A stretch of 64,000 nucleotides of DNA from Octopus bimaculoides (lineage: Eukaryota): contig NC_068996.1 in the NCBI RefSeq assembly GCF_001194135.2, positions 21,657,819-21,721,818 of the forward strand, given 5' to 3'. This document shows, one piece after another, positions 39,768-53,318 of this stretch. Each line of letters begins with the position of its first letter. The stretch's first letter is position 1. Made by a program: the position numbers and the translations under genes. The notes beneath the pieces are model-generated. The model had not been told where the DNA came from and made no database searches. It saw only the letters and a list, made by a program, of their open reading frames with translations.

Positions 39768-39804
<37 letters not shown>

Positions 39805-40764
39805 NNNNNNNNNNNNNNNNNNNNNNNNNNNNNNNNNNNNNNNNNNNNNNNNNNNNNNNNNNNNNNNNNNNNNNNNNNNNNNNNNNNNNNNNNNNNNNNN
39901 NNNNNNNNNNNNNNNNNNNNNNNNNNNNNNNNNNNNNNNNNNNNNNNNNNNNNNNNNNNNNNNNNNNNNNNNNNNNNNNNNNNNNNNNNNNNNNNNNNNN
40001 NNNNNNNNNNNNNNNNNNNNNNNNNNNNNNNNNNNNNNNNNNNNNNNNNNNNNNNNNNNNNNNNNNNNNNNNNNNNNNNNNNNNNNNNNNNNNNNNNNNN
40101 NNNNNNNNNNNNNNNNNNNNNNNNNNNNNNNNNNNNNNNNNNNNNNNNNNNNNNNNNNNNNNNNNNNNNNNNNNNNNNNNNNNNNNNNNNNNNNNNNNNN
40201 NNNNNNNNNNNNNNNNNNNNNNNNNNNNNNNNNNNNNNNNNNNNNNNNNNNNNNNNNNNNNNNNTCGTATAGCCAGCTGGAGACGATCTCTCCTGGGGCT
40301 AAATTATAGCAACATTAGTCCTAAAACCAGGAATGCCATGTTATGTTGGCAAACATTCTTTACTACAAGAAAACACTTGTCCTCAACAAAATCTCACCTT
40401 ACTCATGCAAGCATGGAGAGATGGACAGGATGATGATGATGATGATGACTGTAATAATAATGCTGATGACAATGATGATGTGGCAACAGGAAGGGCAACC
40501 AACCTCAGAACATCTACCCAAATGAATTCCACCTGACAAACTGTAAGCATGGAAAGAAGTGGACGTTAGAATGAAGATGACGAGAAGGATGTATGCGATT
40601 GTGAGTGTGTGTGTGCATGTGCAAGTGTGCGTGTATGTGGATAGTTTGCATGTCACTACTTGAACAAAATGGTGTGGTGCTGCTAACTATGTTCTGACTG
40701 ATGGCTCTGCACTTTCAAATTCCTCTATGAATGAAAAAGAATTCCTCTTACTTGACAGACAGAT

Positions 40765-41390
40765 GAGGATTGGAGACAGGAAGGGGATCCGGCTGTAGAT
40801 ATTCTGCCTCATTGAAATCTGTCTGGCCCATGCAATCATGGAATAGTGGACGTTAAAACGGTTATGATGGTGCTTGGAAAAGGGTGACAAACCTATGAAA
40901 AATCTGCCTCAAAAAATTCTGTCTGATCCAGGCAAGTAAGGAAAAATGGACGTTAAAAATGATGATGATGATGATGGCGCTTGGAAATTGGCGATGGTTG
41001 GTGACAGAAAGGGCAGTTGGCCATAAAAAATTTGTCTCAACAAATTCCATTTGACCCAGGCAGATATGGAAAACGTGGATGATAAAACAATGATGATAGT
41101 GATGCTTGGAAACAGGTGAAGGCTGGCAACAGGAGGAGGGCAACCAGCTTTATAAACTTTGCCTCGAAGACTTCCGTCTGACCCATGCGAGTATGGATAA
41201 ATGGACGTTAAAACTATTATGATTTTGCTTGGAAATAGGTGAGGCTTGGCAACAGGAATAACATCTGGCCTTAGATAAATCAACCGCAATGAATTCTGTC
41301 ACAAGGTCATTTAGCTGTTCAAATATGGAAAAATTACATGCCCTCAATGAAGTTTTGCTTGACCCATGCACACAGACCTGATGATGATAC
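40765..41390 (+). repeat. Head-to-tail array of about 5 retroposon 3'-end modules (about 107-125 bp)
   Basis: gcttggaaa at about 40872, 40979, 41104 and 41227; units end ggacgttaaaa..gatgatgat. Confidence 0.8.
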
Positions 41391-41420
41391 TAATGAGAAC
41401 AATATTGATAATGATGATAA

Positions 41421-41466
<46 letters not shown>

Positions 41467-41540
41467 GTGCATATGTGTGTGTATACATACAGACACACAT
41501 TATTTTTTTATATATATATATATATATATANNNNNNNNNN

Positions 41541-41677
41541 GACAAAGGAAAACAGTCTCAGGGTTGGCATCGAGAGGAGGAAGTCGGCTGTGTCTGGGAT
41601 AAGCTTCTGTAAGTCGTGGGACAACTTTCCGTCTTGCTGGAAAATTTGCTTCAGTTCTCCGTACTTCTGCTTTATAC
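41541..41677 (-). CDS. BAHD1: BAHD1-like gene, probable last coding exon (3' end cut by N gap)
   Basis: ttttattaacag|G TAT AAA (phase 2) reads RYKAEVRRTEANFPARRKVVPRLTEAYPRHSRLPPLDANPETVFLC, like BAHD1 DPELVFLC. This frame is absent from the ORF track. It runs into Ns at 41540. Confidence 0.9.
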
Positions 41678-41725
41678 CTGTTAATAAAATGAAGAAAGAA
41701 GGGTGGAACAAGGCATAAGTGAGTA

Positions 41726-41759
<34 letters not shown>

Positions 41760-41934
41760 CAGAGAGAGGGAGGAAGGAAGGGATTTATTAATTGTATACA
41801 TAGTTCATTATCTAATTAAGTTGCTATAATGTTTTAAATGTAAAAATATCTAGGTGAAATTTCTCTTCAGTATTAATAACCTGACAAGAGAGAAAACAAC
41901 ACTGGTATTTTTCCATCAACACACACACACATAT

Positions 41935-42850
41935 ATAAGGTTGTTCCCCAAAACTGTATAAACACTTTAACAACTGAAAATTCAACTTTCATTTCTTTTT
42001 AGATTTAACTCATTAGAAATAATGAAGGGAGCCAGACTAATCTGTGAACAAAGTGAATTTATCGTCAAGTTTGAAAATGTAAAAAGAAAAAATAGTAAAA
42101 TAGTAAAAAAAAAGACAATTTAGGAGGGAGTTTCAAACAGAGCTATGTATGCGGACCACAGTTTGAAAACCCCTGGTCTAGAAGACTGCAGATATCAAAC
42201 CCACAAAGTAAAGAAGGGCACTAATTCTGTGTAGCAAGCGAGTCATGAGATAGGAATTTTAAAATCAAGCATCCATTGCATTTTGAAGCAGTGTCATTAG
42301 AAAAGTTACATTTCCATGGTCCCGATGAATATGATCTGAATTGAAGAGTGAAGTTTTGCAAGTGGTACCTGACAAGATGTTTAGATGTACACTCTCAGAC
42401 AAAGATTGTTTGGATTGGCGAGGCTACATTTAGTTCAAATGGTGTAAATAACTACCACAACTGCATTTACTGGGGGATCTGAGCCTCAGCGTATTATGGA
42501 GGAACAGTACGTTAATTTGCCAGGAATGATGGTATGGTATGGCTTAACATCATAAAGATTAATTGGACCAATCTTTTTGACAATATTGTGACTGGTCCCA
42601 TTTACTTAAACTAGCTCTGATAATCTGTTATGTCAAGTATTCAAAAGTACTTTGAAGATAAGGAGCTTTATTTCCAGCAAGATAGGGCATCTGCATGCCA
42701 CCACAGTAACGTAAGGGCCTACTTTGATGAATTTCTGCCAAACAAGTAGATCAGATGAAGAGATTCAGCGGAATACTCTTCGCATTCATTGGACCTCACA
42801 CTACTAGATATTTATTTTTTTTTTGTTTTGGTGGGTGAATATCTAAGAGA
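41935..42850 (+). mobile_element. Degenerate Tc1/mariner-superfamily transposase relic containing a tiny hAT-type derivative (42125-42175)
   Basis: Remnants [38 protein letters not shown] and LDLTLLD. Confidence 0.6.
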
Positions 42851-43290
42851 TAAATTTTACAGTACAAAACCAGCAACAGTTGATAAATTGAGAGCAGCCA
42901 CTGAACAGAGAAGTGCATAAATGCCGAACAAAATGATTCTATTGCTTTGCATTATCAGTAGTACCTGAAAAAAGCCCATCATGTGTATGTGTGTGTGTGT
43001 GTGTGTGCTTGAGTGAGTGTGTATTACTGTCTCCTTGCCTTGATGATGTGTGAAACTTTTAAGTGTTACTGTCATACAAACAGTGTCCTTTGTGTTCCAA
43101 TCTTCTAGGAAAACATATCTGGCCATAAGGAAATATTACCTTACTTTGAAACAGGGAACGGTTGGCATCTGGCCATAGAAAATCTGCCTTTACAAATTGT
43201 GTCTGACCCAGTTGAGCAGGGAAAAGTGAATGTTAAAATGATGATGATGGCAGGGATGAAAAAAAAAATAAAAGAAAAACCATGACATAC

Positions 43291-43459
43291 CTGCAGTATT
43301 CGTTGAATGTTAACACGTAACATTTCTCCTCTATACAAGCTATACTGTTGACGTCACGGTGCCTCGAAGCGAACACTTCACAGTCTACATGACTGGGTTT
43401 ACGACCAGTCTCAGTATGCTCAGGTCGATAGTACCAGAGTAAACTCATCATCATTTCCC
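43291..43459 (-). CDS. BAHD1: BAHD1-like gene, BAH domain exon 2
   Basis: ttcatag|GG GAA...TGC AG|GTATGT (phase 1 to 2). Encodes [56 protein letters not shown], closely matching BAHD1 [12 protein letters not shown]...EVFASRH...[16 protein letters not shown]. Confidence 0.95.
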
Positions 43460-43535
43460 CTATGAAGAATTCATAGACAACATAAAAACATGTAAAAAGA
43501 TAAAAAGTAAAATAAAATGAAGGACATAGGTGTCC

Positions 43536-43577
<42 letters not shown>

Positions 43578-44364
43578 TCTTTTATTTGTTTCAGTCATTT
43601 GACTGTGGCCATGCTAGAGATAAAAAGAGATGAAACCTTTAAAGGGTTTTAGTCGAAGAAATCAACTCCAGGACTTATTCTTTATAAGCCTAGTACTTAT
43701 TCTATTGGTCTCTTTTGCTGAACCACTAAGTTACAGGGACATAAACACACCAACATTGGCTGTCAAGCAATGGGGGGAGGGGGAACAAACACAAAGACAT
43801 ACACACACACACACAACAGGTTCCTTTCAGTTTCCGTCTACCAAATCCACTCACAAGGCTCTTGTCAGCCCGAGGATATAGCAGAAGGCACTTACCCAAG
43901 GTGCCACGCAGTGAGACTGAACCCAGAACCATGTGGTTGGGAAGTAAGCTTCTTACCACACAGTTATTACACACACACACACACACCCTATATGTCTTAG
44001 CTACGTCAGTCATTGGACTGCTGCCATGCTGGATCACTGCCTTGGAGGATTGAGTCAAATCAATCTCATTGCTTATTTTTAAAATCTAGTATTTATTCTA
44101 TCAGTCTCTTTTGCTGAACTTTTAACTGGTTGTCAAACAGTTGAGAGACATATACATATATAATATACAGTACAAACATACAATGGGCTTCCACACGGTT
44201 TTCATCTACCAAATTTACTCAAATGGCATTGGTCAGGTGGGCATTATAAAAGCAGACACTTACCAAAGGTACTGCACAGTGGTACTGAACCTGAAACCAC
44301 ATGGTTCCAAAGTAAGCTTCTTAATAACATAACCATGTCTGAGCCTACTACTAGATTTCTGTTA

Positions 44365-44805
44365 AGAAATCTTGGATCTTTTCCATATCAAGCATAGATT
44401 TTTTAAATAATTTTTTTTTAACTAAACACTATGAAACTTCGGATACTGGTTGAATGTATCACATAGAACGGAATTTACTCTTAATGTTTTTGACAAAATT
44501 TTGTATTTCAGAAGTCATTTCGTGTTAAAGTTGTCATATTTGTGTAATATTAACGAATCAATAACATGCATTCAGCTGAAGAAAGTAAACAACAACTTCT
44601 GGCTCATTATTTTTACAAAATTATTACTGAGACAGACCAAAGACGGAGCCTGTATGTGGTTGCATGACCTGCTAGAAAAAGTAGCCAAACTTTTTCATAT
44701 ACCGAATAGAAAAACCTCTGACACATTCAACCAGTATCTGAAGTTTCAAACTGTTTAGTCAAAAAAAATTAATTAAAAAATGTGACTGAGATTGACAAGA
44801 TCCAT
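44365..44805. mobile_element. MITE with long (about 90-bp) imperfect TIRs
   Basis: actaaacactatgaaacttcggatactggttgaatgt pairs with acattcaaccagtatctgaagtttcaaactgtttagt. Confidence 0.8.
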
Positions 44806-45786
44806 GAAACTACTCTCGTACAACACTGGATATTAGCCATAATATGTACCGAGTTCCCATAACATTTTCTATTTATTTCATACAAAAATCTGAATAAATT
44901 ATACTAGTCATGGGAATCCCAATATTTGGAATATGGATATTTGCTGTCTTTTATTCTTTCAACTTTTCTTTAACTTTAGCTGCTTCGTCATTCAGTGAAG
45001 AATATTGTTTTAACCACAGAATAGCTTTGATTGTAATGGATCTGTGAGAAAAGGCAGAGTGTGTGTGTGTGTGTGTAAGTGTGTGTAAGGAATTTCATTA
45101 GGGTGACAGAGTTATTTCAAGAAGTATGTAAAAGATAATTTATTTTACTAGCATACCTTTTCATAAAAATCTCCCCCCCCCCTATCATTTGCATGAGTGT
45201 GGTTAAAAATAAAATTTGAAAAGTCTCCGTCAAAAACAGAAAATTCAGTTTATGTGGGCATGCTATTCCAAAAGTCCACAAAGGCATTCTATTGTGAAAA
45301 CTGTCCAGCAATGATGGGATACTCAGCTAGTGTGTGTGTAAATAAAACCTGGATGTGTTATTTATAATGTTGTAAACAGCAGTGAATATTCCAAAAAATC
45401 ATTTCATGAAGACAACAAATGCTAAAAAGCATCAAAATTCTACATCGGTTGACTAAATTTAATCAGCACAAGAAAATGGCACTACTGTACCATGTGATTT
45501 CATTGTATTGCAGATCATCAGCTGTAAGGAAGTCAAGCACTAAATGTCACACAGAAAATCACTCAAGTCATGTTGTGAAAAGCTGGTGGGTTGTGTACAA
45601 ATTACCTTTCAGATTCTATAATGAATATATTAGCACATCCAACCTAACCTGGATGTGTTGCTTATAGTGCCATAAGCTGTGGTGAAAGTCTCATAAACAC
45701 AGCCTGTCAGCTTTGTACAACATCACTAGCTGTTTGGTCAGTATTATTATAATATAATATACATAACCACTCACACACAACATATA

Positions 45787-46232
45787 CAGGGTGTCCCCAA
45801 AGTCTGGACACTGGAAATCTCATTAACTATATTCTTTTAACTATCTATTTTATATATTATCGGACTATAGATAACCAAGTTACAACAGGTATATAGTCCA
45901 TTTTTTGTTCTATAGTGCATTGTTATACCTTTCTAAACTTTTTATTCTTTATATATTATATTTTATCTATATATATATATTTTTTCACCTACAATATTTT
46001 TTTTTACCTCCACAGATTAAATATGGCTTTGTGCTGAAATTGATGGTAGTGTGGAGTTATTGTATTGGGTTCATGTAAATCTTGCAAAGTGCATTGACCT
46101 TTGCATCACAAATGGAGGAAACCATATTGAAGATGTTATTTGTTAATATTCCAATTGAATAAAATGTTGAAAATTTTTACTTGTATTTCTTGAAAATATA
46201 CATTTTGCCTATGTGTCCAGACTTTACACACA
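45787..46232. mobile_element. Tc1-like MITE
   Basis: TA+cagggtgtccccaaagtctggacac ... gtgtccagacttt (outer right end eroded into (CA)n). Confidence 0.65.
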
Positions 46233-47095
46233 CACACACACATTCAACAGGCTTGTCTCAGTCTCCATCTACTAAATCCACTTGCAAATCTTTGGTCAGC
46301 CCAGGGCTGCAATAGAAGACACTTGCCCAAGGTATCATACAACAGGACTGAACCCAAGACCACATGATTGGGAGGCAAATTCTTAACCACACAGCCACAT
46401 CTACACCTATAGCCCCACTACCCATGCCTGTGCCCACATTGACATCATTAGCAGAGATGGACAATACTTTGTCAAGGATGTGCCAAAGCTAAACACAGAG
46501 ACTGAGGAAGCCATGTTGGAGTGGCTGGCATGATAAAAGGAAGGGTAGATGCAATGAACAAAAGAGGATGTGTGAGGAAGATGAGAACAGAGAATGAGGA
46601 AAAAGCATGAAAATGGAGAGGAGGAAAAGAAGAAAAAGAGAAGGATGAAGAAGAGGGGAGGAAAGAAGGAAAAGAAGAGACCCAAGAAGACAAGACAAAA
46701 CATTGAAGGCCAATCTCAAAACACTGAGTTTAGTAAAGAATATGACTAAGGATCAAGATACCTGGCATATTGCTGTACTAAAGAAGACCCATCTGCCATA
46801 ATTGATACTGGTGCTGGTACCATGTTAAAAGCACCAAGTGCACTCTGTGGAGTAGTTTAGTTGGCATTAGGAAGGGCATCCAGCTATAGACACCATGCCA
46901 CGAGAGACAATGGAGCCTGGTGCAGCCCCTGGCCTTACCAGTTCCAGTCAAACCATCCAATCCATGCAAGCATGGAAAATAGATGTTAAATGATGATGAA
47001 GTGGAAGAGACTATTTTCATGCATTTTGTGATATTTCAAAGCTAAAGAAAGAAAAAAAATCTACCACCTAGACACACACAAAACGCAGCACTTAC

Positions 47096-47261
47096 CATCA
47101 GGTGGGTTTTCCCAGAAGGCCATTACTTTTGCTGTGAATGGTACGTCTTTCTTGCGAGGCCCAGACTTCAACAGAACACAATCTCTAACGCGAATAATAT
47201 CTCCATCATCATGTTTGATGGCCGGGTAGCATTTACGCTCAACCGGTGGAGCATCAACAGT
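47096..47261 (-). CDS. BAHD1: BAHD1-like gene, BAH domain exon 1
   Basis: ttttcag|ACT...GAT G|GTAAGT. Encodes TVDAPPVERKCYPAIKHDDGDIIRVRDCVLLKSGPRKKDVPFTAKVMAFWENPPDG, recognisably like vertebrate BAHD1 IRVRDTVLLKSGPRK...AKISALWENP. Confidence 0.95.
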
Positions 47262-49070
47262 CTGAAAAATGAGCAAAAGAGAAAGAGAGCATAAATTAGA
47301 CAAACAAATCTTTTTTTCTGAATTCTTAGATGATTTTCTAGATTTTTCTAGATGATTCTTAGATGATTTTCTTTATCAAATATAAATTTGATAAAGAGAA
47401 GCATTTCCTGAAATATTAAATGACCCATTTAGGATGGTACAATATTATTTTCATCACTGTCCATAAATTACAAAAAGAAATCTTGTTTAGTTCAAAATGT
47501 ACCAACAAAAGGAAGGCAGCAAAAAAGCCACACTTTTTAGTAGAGCACAGCAAAATAGCCTGCCAATAAATACACATTTTTTCCGAAGTTTTGGATAGAT
47601 TTTCTATCTTATATTCCATGAAATGAATTCTTTCTCAAAATATCAAGTATTAAATGACCTATATAGGATGATGCAACAAAACATAATTTTATATGACTGA
47701 AACAAGTAAAAGATAAAATACACACACACACACATACAATCACATATATATACTTGTGTGTATGTGTGAGTATATATTTTATCTTTTACTTGTCTAGTCA
47801 TTAGACTGTGGCCATGATGGGGCATCGCCTTGAAGAATCTTTAGTTGAATGTATTGACCCCAGTACTAACTTTTTTTTTTAAAGCGTGGTACTTATTAAA
47901 TAGATTGCTTTTGCCAAACTGCTAAATTATGGGGATGTAAACACACCAGCACCGGTTGTCCAGTGGTGTGACGGGACAAATAGACACAAAGACACACACA
48001 CATAAGACAGGCTTCTTTCAGTTTCTGTCTACCAAATCCACTCACAAGACCTTGGTTGGCCTGAGGCTATAGTAGAAGACACTTGCCCAAGGTACCACAC
48101 TGGTACTGACCTGGAACCATGTGGTTGGGAAGCAAGCTCCAACACAAAGAAGAATGAAGAATTATATATTTTTTACTTCGTAATTTATGATCCATAATTT
48201 GTCTATGCATGTTTCAGATGAGTTAGTGTTGGGTTAATTCTGCACTCAACCTTTTGAGACACATGGTGTTTTGGTATGTGTAGCCAAAAATATCAAAGTT
48301 TTTTTTCTATTGAGATACATCTATCTCTGATTAGCTATTACACTCGAAAACCAACCATTCACAACATTTGTTCTATTGGGCCAATGGATTGGCCTCAAAA
48401 TCCTTTCAGCTTGTATCACTGGGGCTGATCAATTGGTCTGGGTGTCCCAAGAGGGATAAATCAATTCACAACTAAAGTATCACATAGACCAGAAAAAAAA
48501 TCAATGCTAGCTCATCTACCTTGGAGAAACCACTCTGTGAAAAATGTAGAACATAGAACCACCAGGTTACAGTAGTAAACTGCTCACTGCTGTCCTAAGA
48601 TAATGCTGGAGGAAGGGAAGTATAGTGATTATAAAAGTTAAATTAAAAAGGTTGAAGTAGTATTAAAATTTGATACTGTAAGAGTTTCTATAATAGTAAA
48701 CAGCCTAATGCTGTCCAAAGCCATCAATGGGTGAAGGGAAGTATAATCAATATAAAAAGTAAATCAAATAAGGTTGAAGTGGTATAAGAACATGGTACTG
48801 CAAGACCTTCAGGTGTAGTCAAACCTTTTACTGACCCAGACTAAATTAGATAAAAATGGATAAGATGAATAAATTCCAAGTAGTACCAAACTATATTATT
48901 TAGGTCAGCTAAGTTGCTTATACTAATGTTTATAGGAAAAGGCATTTCTATGGAAGGCCAAATTTAGTCAATCTTTTATACTATACTCTGAAATCTTCAA
49001 AAACAAAATTTGGATTTACTAATCAAACATGAGTACAATAGTAATAACTGGACTATAAATAATTATCGTT

Positions 49071-49324
49071 CATCAGTCTAGTTAACCAAGAACTGTTACT
49101 ATAGAGTGCTCAAAAAAGTATTTGCCTGGATTAATTTATCTCTATTCCTTTGTGTTATTTATTTTCATTTTATATATATATATATATATATATGCGAGGA
49201 AACATGGCCTAGTGGTCAGGGTGAGACAATGGTTTAATTCCTAGACCGGGTAGTGCATTGTGTTCTTGAGCAAAACACTTCATTTCGCATTGCCCTGTGA
49301 TCACTTCAACACCTAGCAAAACAA

Positions 49325-49386
<62 letters not shown>

Positions 49387-49763
49387 GTATGTATGTACGT
49401 GTGTGCATGTACATATAAATATCATGTGTGTGTGTGTATGTATACATACATGTATATTTATATGTGTATATGTATATATGATGGACTCTCCTATTGAAAA
49501 CGACATATGAGTGTTCAGCTTTTTTGCCAAATAATTTTTTGCACAAATAATTTGTTTGTAGTAATCAGTTGTATGTGCCGTACATTAGCTCACTCACTCC
49601 ATCAAATTGACATTGTCTGAACAGGTGCACAGTTTGCCATGTGTCAGCTGTTGAAGTGATCACAGGGCAGTGTGAGATGAAGTGTTTTGCTCAAGAACAC
49701 AACGCACTACCCGGTCTAGGAATTAAACCATTGTCTCACCCTGACCACTAGGCCATATTTCCT

Positions 49764-49807
<44 letters not shown>

Positions 49808-49879
49808 GAAAATAAATAACACAAAGGAATAGAGATAAATTAATTCAGGCAAATACTTTTTTGAGCAACTAGACTGATG
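49071..49879. repeat. Near-identical inverted duplication (about 230-bp arms, about 340-bp spacer)
   Basis: 49071-49311 is the reverse complement of 49649-49879 except for a 24-nt deletion in the right arm, a different (TA)n length and a few substitutions. Confidence 0.9.
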
Positions 49880-50412
49880 GCTAAACTGGCAACATGACCA
49901 TCCCCAAGTACAACAATCTATCTATATATATATATGTATACACACATGCATATATAGATGCATTTGTATGCGTTTTTATGCAGATCTTGCATGAGAAGGT
50001 CTGAGGTCTAATTCTAGAGGGTAATTGTGGAAGCGGTACACTCAGGAAGACATGGGATGAAGTGGTGAGAAAGGGCTTCACTCAGGGAATGACATGGGAC
50101 TGAGACTTCTGATGATTTGCTGTGCATGAGAAGACAGTAAAGCTAAGTAAAATTATGGCCTTTCATACATATAGGTGAGTCCTTTACAGCCATGCCCCCA
50201 ACTCCAGCTCCATCTCTCAGTCAAGAGATCCTTGTCTTGCAGGCATGCAGGTGCTGGTGTCACATATGCATATGTATATGTGTATGAAAATATACATGTA
50301 TGTATGTATATACCCCTGAAAGAAAGGCCAGCATAGCTACAAGCAAAATCTCTAGAGACAGGAAACATCCATATGAGATACAGATCAAAGGTCTCAAACT
50401 GGTTGCATAGAC

Positions 50413-50715
50413 CAGGGGTTTTCAAACTGTGGTCCCCGGACCACAGGGGGTCCGCAAGGACAAGACAGGGGGTCCGCAAGGACAAGACAGGGGGTCCGTG
50501 GACAGCAAATACTTTTTATGGGCAATTTGATTTTATATATGTTTTTTAATCGAAATCTTTTAATTGACAATAAACCTATTTGTTAAATACTGTTAAATAA
50601 ATAAATGTAAAAATATATGTTATTTTAAGCAAATATTTATGTATAAATATAAATTCCCTAAGGTAAAGCCTGAAATATAAAGGGGTCTGCAAGTCAAAAA
50701 GTTTGAAAACCCCTG
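50413..50715. mobile_element. hAT (Charlie-like) MITE with 8-bp TSD gcatagac
   Basis: TIRs caggggttttcaaact and agtttgaaaacccctg; identical gcatagac at 50405-50412 and 50716-50723; internal tandem duplication of about 22 bp. Confidence 0.93.
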
Positions 50716-51531
50716 GCATAGACAACTCAAGAATAGGGAGATGTTTAATTTAAGACGGACACCCCTGGAAATCGAACACAATATCAAACTCTATGGAAAG
50801 AAATGAGCAGAGAGAAAGAACAGACCTGTGGAAAGCATAAAAACAAACCCAGAAAGCTTTCTATAAATTTGCAAATAAAAAAAAACAACAATACAATACA
50901 AGATAGGACTGTTGTTCCAAGACAATGGCTGACTGGCCCAAAAAGGATAAGTGGANNNNNNNNNNNNNNNNNNNNNNNNNNNNNNNNNNNNNNNNNNNNN
51001 NNNNNNNNNNNNNNNNNNNNNNNNNNNNNNNNNNNNNNNNNNNNNNNNNNNNNNNNNNNNNNNNNNNNNNNNNNNNNNNNNNNNNNNNNNNNNNNNNNNN
51101 NNNNNNNNNNNNNNNNNNNNNNNNNNNNNNNNNNNNNNNNNNNNNNNNNNNNNNNNNNNNNNNNNNNNNNNNNNNNNNNNNNNNNNNNNNNNNNNNNNNN
51201 NNNNNNNNNNNNNNNNNNNNNNNNNNNNNNNNNNNNNNNNNNNNNNNNNNNNNNNNNNNNNNNNNNNNNNNNNNNNNNNNNNNNNNNNNNNNNNNNNNNN
51301 NNNNNNNNNNNNNNNNNNNNNNNNNNNNNNNNNNNNNNNNNNNNNNNNNNNNNNNNNNNNNNNNNNNNNNNNNNNNNNNNNNNNNNNNNNNNNNNNNNNN
51401 NNNNNNNNNNNNNNNNNNNNNNNNNNNNNNNNNNNNNNNNNNNNNNNNNNNNNNNNNNNNNNNNNNNNNNNNNNNNNNNNNNNNNNNNNNNNNNNNNNNN
51501 NNNNNNATATATATATATATATATATATATA

Positions 51532-53318
51532 CAGTGATACCTTGGCTTACGAGTGTCCCAACTAAAGAGTTTTTGAGATATGAACTATCTCTTGACCAAT
51601 TTTTTGCTTTGAGTTGGAAGCCAGCTTCAAATACCCCACCGCTAGTTGGCGTAGCGAACACCACAGTGAACTCTGTAATATCTGCCCAGCATCCTGTGTC
51701 TCACTTGTTTGCTAGACAGATATGCATGTTAGCAAGTGCAAAGATCATTAGTAGATTGATAGCTATAGAGACATGTGTGTTAGCAAGTGCAAAGATCACT
51801 AGTGGATAGTTAGTTAGACGGGTGGTAAAATGCTTACTCAGTAGTTGCAGGCTACAGAAGCATCAGTGTTGTGCTCGCAACTGTGCTTGCAGTTATTTTG
51901 CAAAACTTCGTTTTTCCAACCATGGGTCCGCAGAAAGAGAGTATGAAGGACAGTGGTGAGAAGAAGTGGATGATGTGCATTGAATTAAAGAAAGAAATTA
52001 CTGAAAAACATGACCAAGGTGTGTTGACATGGCGACGCAGTATGAGCGTAGCACTTCTACGATCTGCACCAGAAGCAGAAAGAGTCAATAAAGGCTATGA
52101 TGCCAGCCAAGGGCATTAAAATAATTTCTAAACAGTGGACATTTATTCATGAAAATATGGAGAAGCTGCTGATGGTGTGGTTGATGGAGAAGTAGGTCAC
52201 AGGAGATACCATGATAGAGGCTATAATCCACGAGAAGGCACAAGCTATTCATGTTGATTTGCTGCAGCAGACCCCAGACACTTGTATGAAGCAGGCATTG
52301 GGTGAGCTGTTTAAAGCTTGTTGGGGCTGGTTCAAGAATTTTAAAAAGAGGACTGGCATTCACTGCCTTGTCAGGCAGCAAGAGCAGATATGAAAGTAGC
52401 TGAGGATTACCTCAAAACTTTTGCCAGAATTATAGCAGCCAAAGGATACATCTCCCAGCAAGTCTTCAACTGTGATGAGACAGGACTTTTTTGGAAGAAG
52501 ATGCCAAGGAGGACTTGGCCTGAAGCAGCTGGCCTGAAGTTGTGTCTGAAACGGACTCTGAAAGACTTGAACCTGAAGTGGCAGATTGTATCCCTCGGCA
52601 AGTCTATGGGCCTGGAAGTGGATGAAGGTGATATCAATGAGCTCATCGAGGAGCACTCCGAGGAACTGACAATGGAAGAGCTAAAGGAGCTACAGACGCA
52701 GCAGCACATGGAGGTTTTGCAGGAAATAGGTGACGTAGAGGAAATGGAGGAGATTATCTACCAGTGTGATGAAGCGAATGTGGGAGAAACTTTCAGACTT
52801 TATTCAAAAGAAACACCTAGAAAAAGTTGCCACTGGGAGTGCGATGGCCTATTTAATGACATTCGCCTAACTCATTTCACTCTGAAAGTGAGAATGAAAC
52901 AGACCTTATTGGATAGGTCTTTATTGAAAACTCCTGTAGATGAAAGTGAGGAAAGCATGGCGAAAAGGGCAAAAACCAATGAATAAAATTCAGTTATTCA
53001 GTTCAGCTTTTCTCCCCCACCCTCACATTGCCTGATCTCCAAGGTAAATACAGTACATAATACTTAACGAAAGCAGTTTATTGCAGTACATTCTAGTGTA
53101 TTGTTTATTTTATGCAAAATTCATTATTTATAAGTACAATGTTCTTATTTAAAAATACATTTAAAAAATTGTGGTGTTTTTTTTTTTGGGGGGGGGGTAG
53201 TTGGAATGGATTAATGGGGCATTTCAATTCATTCCAATGGGAAAATTTGATTTGACATACAAGTAATTTGAGTCATGAGCTCCGTCACAGAATGAACTAA
53301 ACTCATAAGTAAAGGTAC

